A DNA stretch of 60,712 nt, filler included. It is 6 parts of 6 records of this genome, joined end to end, with 100 filler letters (N's around TTAATTAATTAA, not from the genome) between each part and the next. Parts side by side here need not be neighbours in the genome. Positions count along the whole stretch, not along the records: positions 32,644 to 44,730 come from SRR31156797_27875; positions 44,831 to 54,136 come from SRR31156797_27878; 4 more parts are not named here. One strand, given 5' to 3'. Position numbers and translations under genes: made by a program. Positions within the stretch are counted from its first letter, which is position 1, and each line of letters begins with the position of its first letter. Under the pieces are notes generated by a model. That model was not told the DNA's origin and made no database searches. It worked only from the letters and a program-made list of their open reading frames with translations. Positions 42,301 to 50,636 of this stretch are shown one piece after another.

Positions 42301-43039
42301 AACAACTCTTTCTTCTGGTAAAAAGACGATATCAAGCATTGTAATTACATCAGATACTGGAGAAACTACAACAATCTCTTCAAGTACGGAAATAACTATA
42401 AATAGTACATTAGACACATTGAGTGATGTTGTAATACTGAAAGATAGTAAAGTTGATACGCAAATTGAAACTGTAGGGAAAATTAGTGTATCATATGATT
42501 CAGATAAATCTAAAGAAGAAACAGAAAAATCTGGTAAAGATTCTAAAATTTATAAAGTAACATTTGATTTCTCTGGTGTAAAAGATTATACTGATGTATA
42601 TAAAATAATAGTTGAAGACATAAAAATTAAAGGCGCTTCAGCTTCGAATTTACCAATTTCAACTAATGGAGGAAGCAGTTATTCTGATTTCTCTTCAGGA
42701 TTAGAGCTAACAAACGGAAGCATTGAATTAACAACTGAAAATATTGGAGAGTTATTTGATGGTTATTCAGCAATAATATATGTAAATGTAACTAATCAAA
42801 AAAACTTTATTGGTTCAAGGATAACATTCGAAGTTGATGTTGTTGATGGAATTGGAAATAAATCAAGTGATAGTGGCTCGACGATAAAATATGATGCGAC
42901 ATTCCCAAAACAAGATTTAATATTAAAAGGAAGACAATCTGGAAGTAAAAGGGAAAAAACAAGTACAATTCAAGTAGTTGGAGATGGAAGTGGATCTAAA
43001 TTCGATATTCAAAGTGTAATAGAAGCAGGACAAGAATAA
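33398..43039 (+). CDS. Giant secreted surface protein/adhesin (PA14, DUF5057-like and Ig-like repeats), 3213 aa
   Basis: AGGAGG RBS and signal peptide ending SMYA. PA14-like WGY..VP....Y.F...ADDG...LEKGKYYPIYLEYFN. DUF5057-like YDMILFGFQD...FTHD...THNQYF.LDLED. Repeated DKAGN/DNTAP motifs. Rich in T/S/D/N. Confidence 0.85.
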   Translation: MQNFISLQRWKRYLFNLFLILGMIGFTSSMYAKSYNDITFGNVTSNDIGTTYESEVYFSSSSKGSEFTITITNIYKSGSTAYLEFTSTKNLNHIYGTSSAKNKDDEEQSYILLDSEKMELVSESNTRDYVFKMDNVSTSLADLEFTPHLIHGNNIIGGAVTTTGNDSDYSMELSVIDATGIVSSREFLAVDDDEIFEESKVVKGTTIVNLSAESTADDDATALYYQFNSTQTTDENSWVEVVLDYSDTSDVNLDSQGYLTYKSYNVEHIPGLSDGYSIDVVDEYWSDREIVFAYPFSTTGELSTELSESVNWSSGDGDNTSTSYGTWSDIADYEVTQLLSGTKKTIIKEWQPNTVFLENDWISGEYKASYKFWGYVTVPKTDTYYFGMRADDGNRGYIVIDGEEVEIAESFQLQGSTYSSSKNSFYLEKGKYYPIYLEYFNWGGSADYRVLYSTDSATSVESENTQVPADWLYPSNSTYPGETSGGKFYGTTQLQLPSDDGEYYVATKLESENKVQGKTVIEVELSGITGPFEVIDYDSLTVTKEILNKTVTNGEVVIGIDETFTVRYTLTPKDWDESKGSDGMSITNIRLADIYPTEAEITGNSGFSDISIDSSTGAISAQIADITYSLVNGNLVANPVTLDITVTIDTAGEYTFSNSGKSIASYTDVDEYTQNEKEFSLLNVVVGGDITNLSILEITDKGHSDLESVIPDTVSLTTISIKQYVSLRKQIEGLYDVVYFGTGDYIDTELGSGSGGDVGRHATSDIMNDITDLKANEIKNKFIANGYLVLFHDDIFDASNLNTHFSTYKTSGTSTVKTVESPNDALTAMYLYSDRRPTLEVSNTSDGATYSDGDSFSLTYTTDSGSYTTKLYVDTDYDNINENSEIEATSSTGTISYTIPHSLSGIRPWTLEITDTDTGQKNIKTGYFIVKDTTVVVDVLQVTVDTNYKGSLTNSSNMTQEYLSDEDKDYQINITVIDMDTFNNTAYQNINGSYDMILFGFQDVYGSKALSDDAKAALDEFIATDQSVMFTHDMLFQSSPTWSDYLSVFGQKTPEHNLGKGAPATTTNTQKVNEGIITMYPFDLSDNISIATTHNQYFTLDLEDEDIIPWYNLSGSDRDVYDSYNHYYIYSKGSLTYSGTGHSGGNFPDSEQQLFVNTMYRAFLGARNHNPIITIVSPELDTTINKDDSLENSELLNLQVKIEDLDVEDTELDAIIYVEGIEVYNGTVTSGDTLMPEDMDFTNVVFEGRDIDIKVVATDSSNATDEEEVAIAYNSKSAPVITAFTIKNNTLAELLDSLKDENGGTLFNSTDDYSNYDLLNGGVPYFKTGDELDISLTLTDDSFSVDEDGNIKLDENGFPVDINFDWTVFGIVGNPVVVYDTETGELKIDFTVTVIGTTESTQTALFSSEGIVDTYGNTTDTSDKVGALDNTPLSDASVELEEETAVKNEWYLGIKHADDYKLKITNASNNALAYIIIYDYDYSKSDKTSDTNDLNNALSGNTKWVAVRNAANELGSTLIEANDSTQDFSGNGFTVETGRNTNTAINLSSAGYVVVQDGQGNSNTININASSGRDTVYFNEISGSNNNYNGSGNNDTLLLGKTQSEYTITNYTNNNGIISANIKDNSTGKTLQVNNIESIQYGSDASITLPIDTTNNKYDGQYITRRVIAIDRAGNMLKSESGSTTVSSISDITVGTTAKLTHYVDTIAPMVKTFTISNTTQGTSSDLLAVNPDEFYGNPNDQVVIDLEFVDENLDLTDLTSITSLSVLANAGITLNSNLFDSTIAITENSGVYSINATVSTLSESYSGDELEIITTANIIDRAENALTDISRNIKVDNTPPLVTVFTITNTTQSGSTVNMLSENADSVAATNGDSLTISLTLKDANFKSTSVLSGASYTLSQLSTIYGVSLSSSLFDENITLTVVDNEDGTLTFTIVAIVATVGNTGDGSTNIFDSVALVDKFGNQAATSNAVTKDDADQTEIVPTLSLDNTAPIVTAFTITNNTLNNIKTALGVTTETSNILNGNELYAKANDSLTISLTIKDDNFISTGALTGASYTLLELYTNYGVNLSTTLFDSAITLTVVNNGNGTLTFTIDVTVASSGNGATSIFEETGLIDNLGNKASNSSAITKSDGNETIPTITVDNTAPAKGDASIDLATTTKNTRGEKSSVAWYVVKLSSDTSDFSYQLEIDESSSTDLTLANVLAYIVIVDHPVSGNQTIYITNGTTTSTNDLIADIHNGADDGQYDVELIVIDKAGNISGGITEAELIVADDKNRVFNNINPDDYTYHVFANRGTLNVDITTTNLAPDVDGKINVDFSVASYYYIIDTSQATPHRAIPDLGKLEIIVDEDEENPFYTSTDLTGTRVTTAEADKGTNEYYTKTFNIVFTDLDPDTATDMYDKILALDTSGSNPNSVTVKLKATGEITNEITTTVSQPDVSVSGESVVPVITELTITNKTVEAMYGSLVGLTDSTALSADFYSETYTNTGTSLESTLYTKENDTVELLVTYTDDSLSVTNNEILEQFDLSFVDSGVATISSKEIESGGSGTTRVTVKVIFEIDYSTVDGDISKQINFDIKDAYGNSQNLAFTFRIDNVAISDASILSFTKPDDTSITEKVVTFETDSTPVVTTTETARYVNRYNDGGNSTEESYDYTINLNTTNQNSITAYVLLMMASDNNLNLTKDSNNIYWGAIKGKAVDSNTELKFELPVEISSNSYDTRYLVKRVIALDKAGNIAAFDGSIGSLDNLPSMINTSETDTDLIHYVDTVKPVIGGAVVTKETNTNYDTYKSEDQLSITFSASDDNLSSDESNDYNITIADVKMDDLAYTYIKDNNGKPSVVTINKSNHEVSGLSNGDHTIEAEVKDLAGNKESAVLKTFSFSDAVIANVSLTLVGSPLEDPSTTVKSLKSTSRIITASYVSLGITVTDVSGNAVPIKQVTVNFNSGAETFEPQETDATGSASKTITTLSSGKKTISSIVITSDTGETTTISSSTEITINSTLDTLSDVVILKDSKVDTQIETVGKISVSYDSDKSKEETEKSGKDSKIYKVTFDFSGVKDYTDVYKIIVEDIKIKGASASNLPISTNGGSSYSDFSSGLELTNGSIELTTENIGELFDGYSAIIYVNVTNQKNFIGSRITFEVDVVDGIGNKSSDSGSTIKYDATFPKQDLILKGRQSGSKREKTSTIQVVGDGSGSKFDIQSVIEAGQE

Positions 43040-43060
43040 TCTCATTTCTAAATACTTGTT

Positions 43061-43090
43061 AAAGCAGCAGGCAAACGCCTGCTGCTTTTT
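43061..43090 (+). terminator. Rho-independent terminator
   Basis: AAAGCAGCAGGC-AAAC-GCCTGCTGCTTTTT. Confidence 0.85.
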
Positions 43091-43225
43091 ATGTTTATAG
43101 TAAATTCTAAGTAAATTTTTATAAATTTTGCTTTAGCTTTTATTTTAAAATGTTGTATAATGTATAAGAAGAAGTAGTTTCATCAGAAATAAATGAAAAA
43201 ATAAGAAGCTAAAGGAGATGATTTT

Positions 43226-44578
43226 ATGAGACACAGTGATAAAATACCAAATGAAAAAAAATCTATATCTTCTTTTTTTATTGGAAGTGCTTCGGGAATA
43301 GCAGTTTTTTTGATTATAGTGATTTCGATATTTCTAAAATTTCAAGTTGATTCAAAGGAAAGATATATTGAGGCTTTGAGGGAGTTAAGTGAGTTAAGAT
43401 TTGAGGCAGAAAATATATTTAGTAAAAGACTTGCACTTGCAAAAGGAGTAGTAGCTTTTGTAAAGGTTAATCCTGATATTACAAATCCTGAGTTTAGTAT
43501 ATTTTCAGATAGTTTGCTTGATGAAGATGATCTTATTAGGAATATAACTTTATTAAAAGGAACTGTAATATCATTCGTTTATCCCTATGAAGAGAATAAG
43601 AAAGCCCTTGGAGTAGATTTGGCTAAAATAGAGGGGCAAAAGATACAGATATTAAAAGTAAAAGAAACTCGTGAGCCAATAATTACAGGAATAATCAATC
43701 TGGTTCAGGGTGGCAGAGGAATTATATTTAGAATGCCTATATTTATTGAAAATGTGTATTGGGGACAGGCAAGTATAGTTATAAATGCTGATAAATTATT
43801 TGAAAACCTTAAAATAGAGGAGTTTGGTAAAAAATATGATCTTTCTATAAAGAGGGTTAGTGAATCGGATTTTTCAACTGATTTGATTTATGGAGATGAA
43901 GAGATATTTTTCTATAGAAAAATAGAGTTGGAAGTAAATTTTGGGAATGCTACGTGGAAGATAGGAGCGATTCCTAAAAATAAAGAGTTCTTTGCTAAGC
44001 AGCAAATTTTGGGAAGTATAGCACTTAGTTTACTTGTGTCAGTTTTAATTGGTTATATTGTTGGTTATACTTATCATATTAAAAATTTAATGAAAAAGCT
44101 GGCATATACAGATGTATTGACGGGACTTCCAAATAGACTAAGTTTATCGAATACTTTCTTTAAAATATCACAGGAAGCTGACAGGATGGAATCTCCGGCT
44201 GCTGTACTTGTAGTGGATATAGACAGGTTTAAATATATTAATGATACATATGGGCATGTTATTGGGGACGAAGTATTGAAGAAGTTTGCAAAGCAGGTTT
44301 CGGGCACTCTTAATGTAAATGATGTCATATTGAGAACTGGTGGAGATGAATTTTTGATACTCTTGTCGAGCATCTCTTCCCATGATGAGATAGACCTCGA
44401 GATTAAAAAAATTAGGGCTCTGCTAGAGGATAATTGGCAAATTAACGGGCATAGTGTAGAGGTAAAAGCAAGTATAGGCTATGCAGTATATCCGAAGGAT
44501 GCACTGGATATTGATGAATTGATACATCATGCAGACCTTATGATGTATGAGGAAAAGAAGAGTCATAGAAAATCTTAA
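43226..44578 (+). CDS. CHASE-domain membrane diguanylate cyclase
   Basis: Two TM helices flanking a CHASE-like region (YPYEENKKALGVDL, NLVQGGRG). DVLTGLPNR, DIDRFKYINDTYGH, RTGGDEF, SIGYA. Confidence 0.9.
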   Translation: MRHSDKIPNEKKSISSFFIGSASGIAVFLIIVISIFLKFQVDSKERYIEALRELSELRFEAENIFSKRLALAKGVVAFVKVNPDITNPEFSIFSDSLLDEDDLIRNITLLKGTVISFVYPYEENKKALGVDLAKIEGQKIQILKVKETREPIITGIINLVQGGRGIIFRMPIFIENVYWGQASIVINADKLFENLKIEEFGKKYDLSIKRVSESDFSTDLIYGDEEIFFYRKIELEVNFGNATWKIGAIPKNKEFFAKQQILGSIALSLLVSVLIGYIVGYTYHIKNLMKKLAYTDVLTGLPNRLSLSNTFFKISQEADRMESPAAVLVVDIDRFKYINDTYGHVIGDEVLKKFAKQVSGTLNVNDVILRTGGDEFLILLSSISSHDEIDLEIKKIRALLEDNWQINGHSVEVKASIGYAVYPKDALDIDELIHHADLMMYEEKKSHRKS

Positions 44579-44581
44579 AAT

Positions 44582-44621
44582 AAAAAAATCTGACTTCCTA
44601 AATTTGAAGTCAGATTTTTTT
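44582..44621. terminator. Bidirectional terminator
   Basis: AAAAAAATCTGACTTC...GAAGTCAGATTTTTTT. Confidence 0.8.
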
Positions 44622-44830
44622 ATGTCTTTGAAAGTTTCGTCTATTTTGATTTTGTTTTATGTGAAAATATGAATCTCATTTACACTCTGATGGCGAAACC
44701 CTTTTTTATGATATGGGAAAGTATAAACTTNNNNNNNNNNNNNNNNNNNNNNNNNNNNNNNNNNNNNNNNNNNNTTAATTAATTAANNNNNNNNNNNNNN
44801 NNNNNNNNNNNNNNNNNNNNNNNNNNNNNN

Positions 44831-44858
44831 GTCCCTGGTTCGATCCCAGGTGGTACCA
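44831..44858 (+). tRNA. 3' fragment of a tRNA (T-arm and acceptor strand), probably tRNA-Phe
   Basis: GTCCCTGGTTCGATCCCAGGTGGTACCA: CCTGG/CCAGG T-stem around TTCGATC. Anticodon is missing, so identity is inferred from resemblance to Bacteroidota tRNA-Phe. Confidence 0.75.
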
Positions 44859-44861
44859 CAG

Positions 44862-44893
44862 AAAAACCGATAAGTTTACTTATCGGTTTTTTT
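44862..44893. terminator. Bidirectional terminator after the tRNA
   Basis: AAAAACCGATAAG-TTTA-CTTATCGGTTTTTTT. Confidence 0.85.
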
Positions 44894-44964
44894 GTTTTAT
44901 AATATTTGAATAGAATTGATTTCGGTTTAGTGATTGTATATATTGCCTGTTGAGCTTTCTTATT

Positions 44965-45603
44965 TTATTCTTTAAAATAATATCGAATCCCAACATTTAT
45001 ATTTAAAGATGCATAATCAATACCATACAATTTTAAAACAACACGACCTGTATTGTATTGAAATTCGCTAAACAAATTAACAGGAAATTTGGATAAGTTT
45101 TTTTCGATTCCAACACCTAAAAAATAACCTGAGAGTCCTTTACTTGAAGAATCTAATTTATTTGGATCGATTGACTTTTCTCTTGAATTAACGAATGTTA
45201 GTCCTCCGTTGGTAATGATTGTCCAATCGCTCTGAAGTTCAATATTATATTGTAGGCCAACGTTAATAAGAAAATGATTGATCTTTATTTTTCCTTCTTG
45301 AGTTGTGTAATTGTTTGCAATTCCATTTTCTGAAGTAAAATGGTAAACGATTGGAGTTCCTTCTTTTTGGAAATGCATTCCTTTTCCATAAATAAATAAT
45401 TCCTTATTCGAAATTGGAATTCCTAAACTCAAACCATTAATAAATATCATATCACTGTATGTTTTTCTAAAGTCTTTTCCTAAAGAAATATATCCTCCTG
45501 AGTTAATAGATATAAAAGCTTCTCTATTACTATTTTCCTGAGCAGATAGGTTGATAAATAGCAAAAGAAACATGAAGAGAAGTGTAGTAGCTTTTTTATT
45601 CAA
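44965..45603 (-). CDS. Outer-membrane beta-barrel domain protein
   Basis: Signal peptide ending LSA-Q, alternating strands and C-terminal INVGIRYYF. Confidence 0.7.
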   Translation of the reverse strand: MNKKATTLLFMFLLLFINLSAQENSNREAFISINSGGYISLGKDFRKTYSDMIFINGLSLGIPISNKELFIYGKGMHFQKEGTPIVYHFTSENGIANNYTTQEGKIKINHFLINVGLQYNIELQSDWTIITNGGLTFVNSREKSIDPNKLDSSSKGLSGYFLGVGIEKNLSKFPVNLFSEFQYNTGRVVLKLYGIDYASLNINVGIRYYFKE

Positions 45604-45626
45604 GGTTAGTTGTAATTAGTTAGTTT

Positions 45627-46388
45627 TTATTTTTTAACTTTTATTGCACTAATACATTCTAAATACAAATTCCTAACAAATTCCCATTTGCCATCTTTTA
45701 ATTTATAAATATCTTCAATGCAACATTCACTTCCTGTGCGATAACTAACGACAGCAACTTTTCTAGATTTAAACATGGTAATGTTATCAATGGTGCCATA
45801 AGGAGGACTAAGCCAATAATAGAATATTCTATTTGATAAGAATTGTTTCTGTTCAGAATTCCAGAAATAATGCCTTTTTGAGTAAAATTTATCTAAAGTT
45901 TTTTCATACTTACTATTTAAAAATAAACAATTTTGGTAAGTCAAATCAGGTATAAAATCACCTAATTCTGTTTTAAAAACTCTTGGTACTTTAATTGTCC
46001 CTTTGTCATGCTCAAAATCACAAACTTTAGAGTTGATTAGTAAATTTTCAATGCTGTCTGAATTAACTAATTGTAGAATTACATTTGTAAAGTCAAAAAT
46101 TAAGTATTTATTATCCAATTTATCATATGGGAAAAGATATTTTTCTTGGTCTAATTGGTTAATTTTTATTTCATAAAAGTCTTTCATAAAAGAAAGAAAT
46201 GGCTCAATTGAGTCATTAGCATTCTGATTATTTACTTGTTTTATTTCATTCTGCCAGTTATTTATAAATAAATTAATAAGCGAGTCTGATTCTTTTTTAC
46301 AAGCTGTCTCTAATAATTTATATTCAGTTTGAGCATAAATTGGAATACTTAAAGCTAAGCTGAAAAATGCTAGTAATATTGATTTCAT
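45627..46388 (-). CDS. Secreted hypothetical protein
   Basis: Signal peptide ending IYA-Q. Very AT-rich 253-aa ORF with no recognised motif. Confidence 0.6.
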   Translation of the reverse strand: MKSILLAFFSLALSIPIYAQTEYKLLETACKKESDSLINLFINNWQNEIKQVNNQNANDSIEPFLSFMKDFYEIKINQLDQEKYLFPYDKLDNKYLIFDFTNVILQLVNSDSIENLLINSKVCDFEHDKGTIKVPRVFKTELGDFIPDLTYQNCLFLNSKYEKTLDKFYSKRHYFWNSEQKQFLSNRIFYYWLSPPYGTIDNITMFKSRKVAVVSYRTGSECCIEDIYKLKDGKWEFVRNLYLECISAIKVKK

Positions 46389-46503
46389 TCTATCTAAAAT
46401 TATATAACATTATAAAATAAATTATATTTGATGAAGTTAAATGTCAAATATAATTATTCGAATGTAAATCTCCATTCTAAAAAATCATGTTGTTTTGAGG
46501 CAT

Positions 46504-46538
46504 AAAAAAAGGTTGTCCCTATTGTTAGAGACAACCTT
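46504..46538 (-). terminator. Terminator of satP
   Basis: AAGGTTGTC...GACAACCTT with a T tract on the minus strand. Confidence 0.7.
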
Positions 46539-46563
46539 AAGTATATTGTAGAATAATATTATT

Positions 46564-47118
46564 CTATTGAATAAGCTTTTTTCCTACAGGTAAAACGGTT
46601 TTTCCAGCTAAATCGTTAATGATAATAGCACCCATCATATACCATGCAGCTAATGCACAAATAATTAAATCCCATGCCGCAACTTTTGTTAGTTGAGGGA
46701 ATCCAAAGTGTGCCAGGTCTAATAAAATAAATCCAATTAATAGTGTTCCAAAGGTAAATGTCATGGCAGTATGCACTCTATACGAAGCAATAAATAAAAT
46801 TACAGTGTAAAGTGTCCATGCAACCAAGAAGAAACCTACATCGGAGTGTGATGCTTTGTAAATGCCAAAGTGGTTAAGAAACCAAATAATACCTAATCCA
46901 ATCCAGAACGAACCGTAACCAACAAATGCGCTATAACCAAAGTTGTTACCCATTTTTTGTTCCTGGAATCCGGCGATCATCTGTGCCAAACCTCCAAAAA
47001 TAATTCCCATGGCTAAAACTGGTCCAAGACCCATCCATCCTAGGTTGTGAAATTGTAGTAATAAGGTTGTCAGACCAAAACCGGCCAAGCCAACCACTGC
47101 GGGATTTCCGTTTTTCAT
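46564..47118 (-). CDS. satP: Acetate/succinate uptake channel, GPR1/FUN34/YaaH family
   Basis: GNPAVVGLAGFGLTT, FGGLAQ, YGSFW and six hydrophobic helices. Confidence 0.88.
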   Translation of the reverse strand: MKNGNPAVVGLAGFGLTTLLLQFHNLGWMGLGPVLAMGIIFGGLAQMIAGFQEQKMGNNFGYSAFVGYGSFWIGLGIIWFLNHFGIYKASHSDVGFFLVAWTLYTVILFIASYRVHTAMTFTFGTLLIGFILLDLAHFGFPQLTKVAAWDLIICALAAWYMMGAIIINDLAGKTVLPVGKKLIQ

Positions 47119-47218
47119 TTTTAATGTTAGTTTTTAATATTTAGCCCGCAAAAGTATATCAAGAGGTTGACGCTGACAAGTTTGTAATTGTTAAAAAATG
47201 TTTACAATCTGCATTTTC

Positions 47219-48727
47219 TTAAATCGGAAGGAATGGAATTTCGAAATAAAAGGTAGAGCCTTTATTTACTTCTGATTCAACCCAAATGGAGCCATTCATA
47301 ATATGAACTAATTTTTTACAAATAGAAAGTCCTAAACCTGTACCTTTTTGTTTGTTAACGCCTTCGTGTTGTGCCTGCGTAAAGCGCTCAAAAATACTGC
47401 CCATATATTGTTCTGGTATTCCGATGCCGGTATCTTTTACGTAAAAAATAATTTCGGCAGAGTAGGTAATGATTCCTATTTCTATGTTTCCGTTTTCTGT
47501 AAACTTAAGGCTGTTGTTGATAAGGTTGGTAAGTACCTGTTGAATTTTAGCCGGGTCTCCACTTAAAGTGGCCAGGTTACATTTAGAAGTGTTTATACTA
47601 ATTGTATTATTTCCTCTTTCGGCTACAGGTTTAAAAAATGCTACAATCTCTTTTAGTAATCTTAAAATATCAAAAGGAACCGATTCTACTTTAATGTGTC
47701 CGGTTTCTATCTTAGAAATTTCCAAGACATCATTAATAATATTGAGTAATTGCTGACCGCTGGAAAGGATTACATTTAAATAATCCTCACGTTGTTGCGG
47801 GTTTAAAGATTGATTTTTTAATAGTTCCGAGAAGCCAATAATTCCATTCATTGGTGTTCTGATTTCGTGGCTCATATTGGTGAGGAAAGAAGATTTTAAA
47901 CGGTCGCTTTCTTCTGCTTTTTCTTTGGCCTGACGCAGCTCTTCATTGCTTCGTTCTAATTCTTCCTGTGCTTTTTTTCTTTCTCTCAAATCGCGAATAA
48001 TGGACAAGTAATATTCATTGGCAGGTTTTTTTGAATTCATTTCTACGGGAATTCTATCGCCATTTTTTCCGAGAAGTACACGTTCGAAAATAACAATTTG
48101 TCCATCGTTAATAAGGTCAAAACGTAAAGGTTTATCTTCTATAGATTCCGGAGCAAAAATGGTTGAAATATGCTTGTTGATAATTTCATCTTTACTAAAT
48201 CCGGTAATAGCTAAAAATCCGTTATTGGCTTCAATGATGTTTCCTTCCAGATTTCCGATAATAATGCCATCACCGGCGTTTTCAACAACTTCACGGTATT
48301 TGCTTTCACTTATTTCGAGAGTTTCCAGTGTGTTTTTGTAATCAGTAATATCCCGGATAACTACAATTTTAACTTTTTTGCCTCCGTAAAAGTGTATTCG
48401 AGATCTAATTTCTGCATTGAATTCTTTGCCATCCTTTTTAATAAGAGTGATTTCAAGAGGGGTACTTATATCCTCTTGTAGTCTTTGATTGATGATATCT
48501 TTGTAATGGTCAGGAATCATTTCAGTGGCATGTTTTCCTATTAATTCGTCTTTTTCATACCCTAAAAGAGCACAACCTGTGTGGTTAGTTTCAATACAAT
48601 ACCCATTTTCCAGAAAATATATTCCTTCAAAAGTTGTATCTGCCAGAGCATTATATTTTTCTTTAGAATCAGCTAGTGCTTGTCTTAATTTCTCAATTTC
48701 GTTATGAAGCTCTTGCATATTATCCAT
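47219..48727 (-). CDS. Soluble two-PAS sensor histidine kinase
   Basis: Two PAS domains, FLTNMSHEIRTPMNGIIG, NLINNSLKFT, DTGIGI, GTGLGL. Confidence 0.92.
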   Translation of the reverse strand: MDNMQELHNEIEKLRQALADSKEKYNALADTTFEGIYFLENGYCIETNHTGCALLGYEKDELIGKHATEMIPDHYKDIINQRLQEDISTPLEITLIKKDGKEFNAEIRSRIHFYGGKKVKIVVIRDITDYKNTLETLEISESKYREVVENAGDGIIIGNLEGNIIEANNGFLAITGFSKDEIINKHISTIFAPESIEDKPLRFDLINDGQIVIFERVLLGKNGDRIPVEMNSKKPANEYYLSIIRDLRERKKAQEELERSNEELRQAKEKAEESDRLKSSFLTNMSHEIRTPMNGIIGFSELLKNQSLNPQQREDYLNVILSSGQQLLNIINDVLEISKIETGHIKVESVPFDILRLLKEIVAFFKPVAERGNNTISINTSKCNLATLSGDPAKIQQVLTNLINNSLKFTENGNIEIGIITYSAEIIFYVKDTGIGIPEQYMGSIFERFTQAQHEGVNKQKGTGLGLSICKKLVHIMNGSIWVESEVNKGSTFYFEIPFLPI

Positions 48728-49005
48728 AATTCACTTAAAAACAGGTTAAGTCATTTGCGGTATTAACTATTTGGTCTCAATAATAGGATAGGTTTGTTAA
48801 AAGATATTAGTGTTTATCGAAGATACAATGTGGAAAGTATCTCAAATTATACAAAAAAATGCAATATATCCACATTCGAATCATTTTGTGTTAAGTTAAA
48901 TTTAGGATAAGTATATATATTCTTTCTTTGTTTTTACCTTATAATTAGATATTTTTGCGCCTTAATTTAGAATTAGTAAAAATAGAAACAAAATATATTA
49001 AAACC

Positions 49006-50535
49006 ATGGATAAGAAAACGATTCTTGTTATTCTGGATGGATGGGGATTTGGTGATAAGTCAAAATCTGATGTAATTTCCACAGTTGATACACCTTATTG
49101 GGATAGCTTAATAGCTAAATATCCTAATTCGCAGTTGAATGCTTCTGGCGAGTATGTTGGTTTGCCTGACGGGCAGATGGGTAACTCTGAAGTAGGTCAC
49201 TTGAATATTGGTGCAGGTAGAGTAGTATACCAGGATTTAGTAAAAATTAACCGCGCTTGTGAAGACGGTTCTATTGCTAAAAATCCTGAGTTGGAGAAAG
49301 CATACAACTATGCAAAAGCAAATGGAAAAAAAGTACATCTTTTAGGTTTGATGTCTCAAGGTGGTGTACACAGTAGCCAGGAACACATTCATAAGCTAAT
49401 CAGCGTAGCACAAGAGTATGGTTTATCTGAAGTTTTTGTTCACGCTTTTATGGATGGTAGAGATACTGACCCAAAGAGTGGTAAAGGATTTATGAGCAAC
49501 TTATTGGCTCACATGGATAAAACTGTAGGTCAGGTTGCAACAGTAACTGGTCGTTATTACGCAATGGATCGTGATAAGCGTTGGGAGCGTATTAAAATTG
49601 CTTACGATGCTATGGTGGCTGGAGTTGGTGAGTCAACTACAACTGATGTATTGGCAGGAATTCAAGCTTCTTACGATGCAGATGTAACCGATGAGTTTAT
49701 TAAGCCAATCGTAAAAGTAGATGCTGACGGAAATCCAGTAGGAAAAATTGAAGAAGGTGATGTAGTTGTATTCTTTAATTTCCGTAACGACCGTGCAAAA
49801 GAGTTAACAATGGTATTAACTCAGCAAGATATGCCAGAGGAAGGAATGAAAACTATTCCTTTACACTATTGCACAATGACTCCTTATGATGCAACTTTTG
49901 AAGGATTACATATTCTTTTTGATAAAGAAAATGTTAAAAATACAATTGGAGAAGTAGTTGCTAATGCTGGTCTTAAGCAATTAAGAATTGCAGAAACTGA
50001 AAAATATGCACACGTAACATTCTTCTTTTCAGGAGGTCGTGAGGCTGTGTTTGAGGGTGAAGATCGTATTCTGGTAAATTCGCCAAAAGTAGCTACTTAC
50101 GATTTACAACCTGAAATGAGTGCTTTTGAAGTGAAAGATAAAGTAGTAGCTGAGTTGAATAATAAGAAATATGATTTTATTGCTTTAAACTTCGCTAATG
50201 GTGATATGGTTGGACACACAGGTGTTTACGAAGCGATTGAAAAAGCAGTTAAAGCGGTTGATGATTGTGTTGAAGCAGTTATTGAAGCTGCAAAAGCCAA
50301 TGGTTATGAAGCAATTATTATTGCTGACCACGGTAATGCAGATAATGCTGTAAATGCTGATGGTTCTCCCAATACTGCGCACTCGTTGAATCCTGTGCCA
50401 TTTGTTTGGGTAACTGAGCAAGAAGGAACAGTAAGCAATGGTGTATTAGCAGATGTTGCTCCATCTATTCTTAAGTTAATGGGAGTAGAGCAGCCAGCTG
50501 ATATGACCGGGAAAAACCTTATTGATGTGAAATAA
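49006..50535 (+). CDS. gpmI: 2,3-bisphosphoglycerate-independent phosphoglycerate mutase
   Basis: [52 protein letters not shown]. Confidence 0.97.
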   Translation: MDKKTILVILDGWGFGDKSKSDVISTVDTPYWDSLIAKYPNSQLNASGEYVGLPDGQMGNSEVGHLNIGAGRVVYQDLVKINRACEDGSIAKNPELEKAYNYAKANGKKVHLLGLMSQGGVHSSQEHIHKLISVAQEYGLSEVFVHAFMDGRDTDPKSGKGFMSNLLAHMDKTVGQVATVTGRYYAMDRDKRWERIKIAYDAMVAGVGESTTTDVLAGIQASYDADVTDEFIKPIVKVDADGNPVGKIEEGDVVVFFNFRNDRAKELTMVLTQQDMPEEGMKTIPLHYCTMTPYDATFEGLHILFDKENVKNTIGEVVANAGLKQLRIAETEKYAHVTFFFSGGREAVFEGEDRILVNSPKVATYDLQPEMSAFEVKDKVVAELNNKKYDFIALNFANGDMVGHTGVYEAIEKAVKAVDDCVEAVIEAAKANGYEAIIIADHGNADNAVNADGSPNTAHSLNPVPFVWVTEQEGTVSNGVLADVAPSILKLMGVEQPADMTGKNLIDVK

Positions 50536-50556
50536 TTATTTCTCAATATGATTATT

Positions 50557-50589
50557 AAAAGCAGTAATCCCGTGGGATTGCTGCTTTTT
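50557..50589 (+). terminator. Terminator of gpmI
   Basis: AAAAGCAGTAATCCC-GT-GGGATTGCTGCTTTTT. Confidence 0.8.
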
Positions 50590-50636
50590 CGTTTAACAAA
50601 ACCGATACCTGAAAGTAATTATTATAAAATACAACG

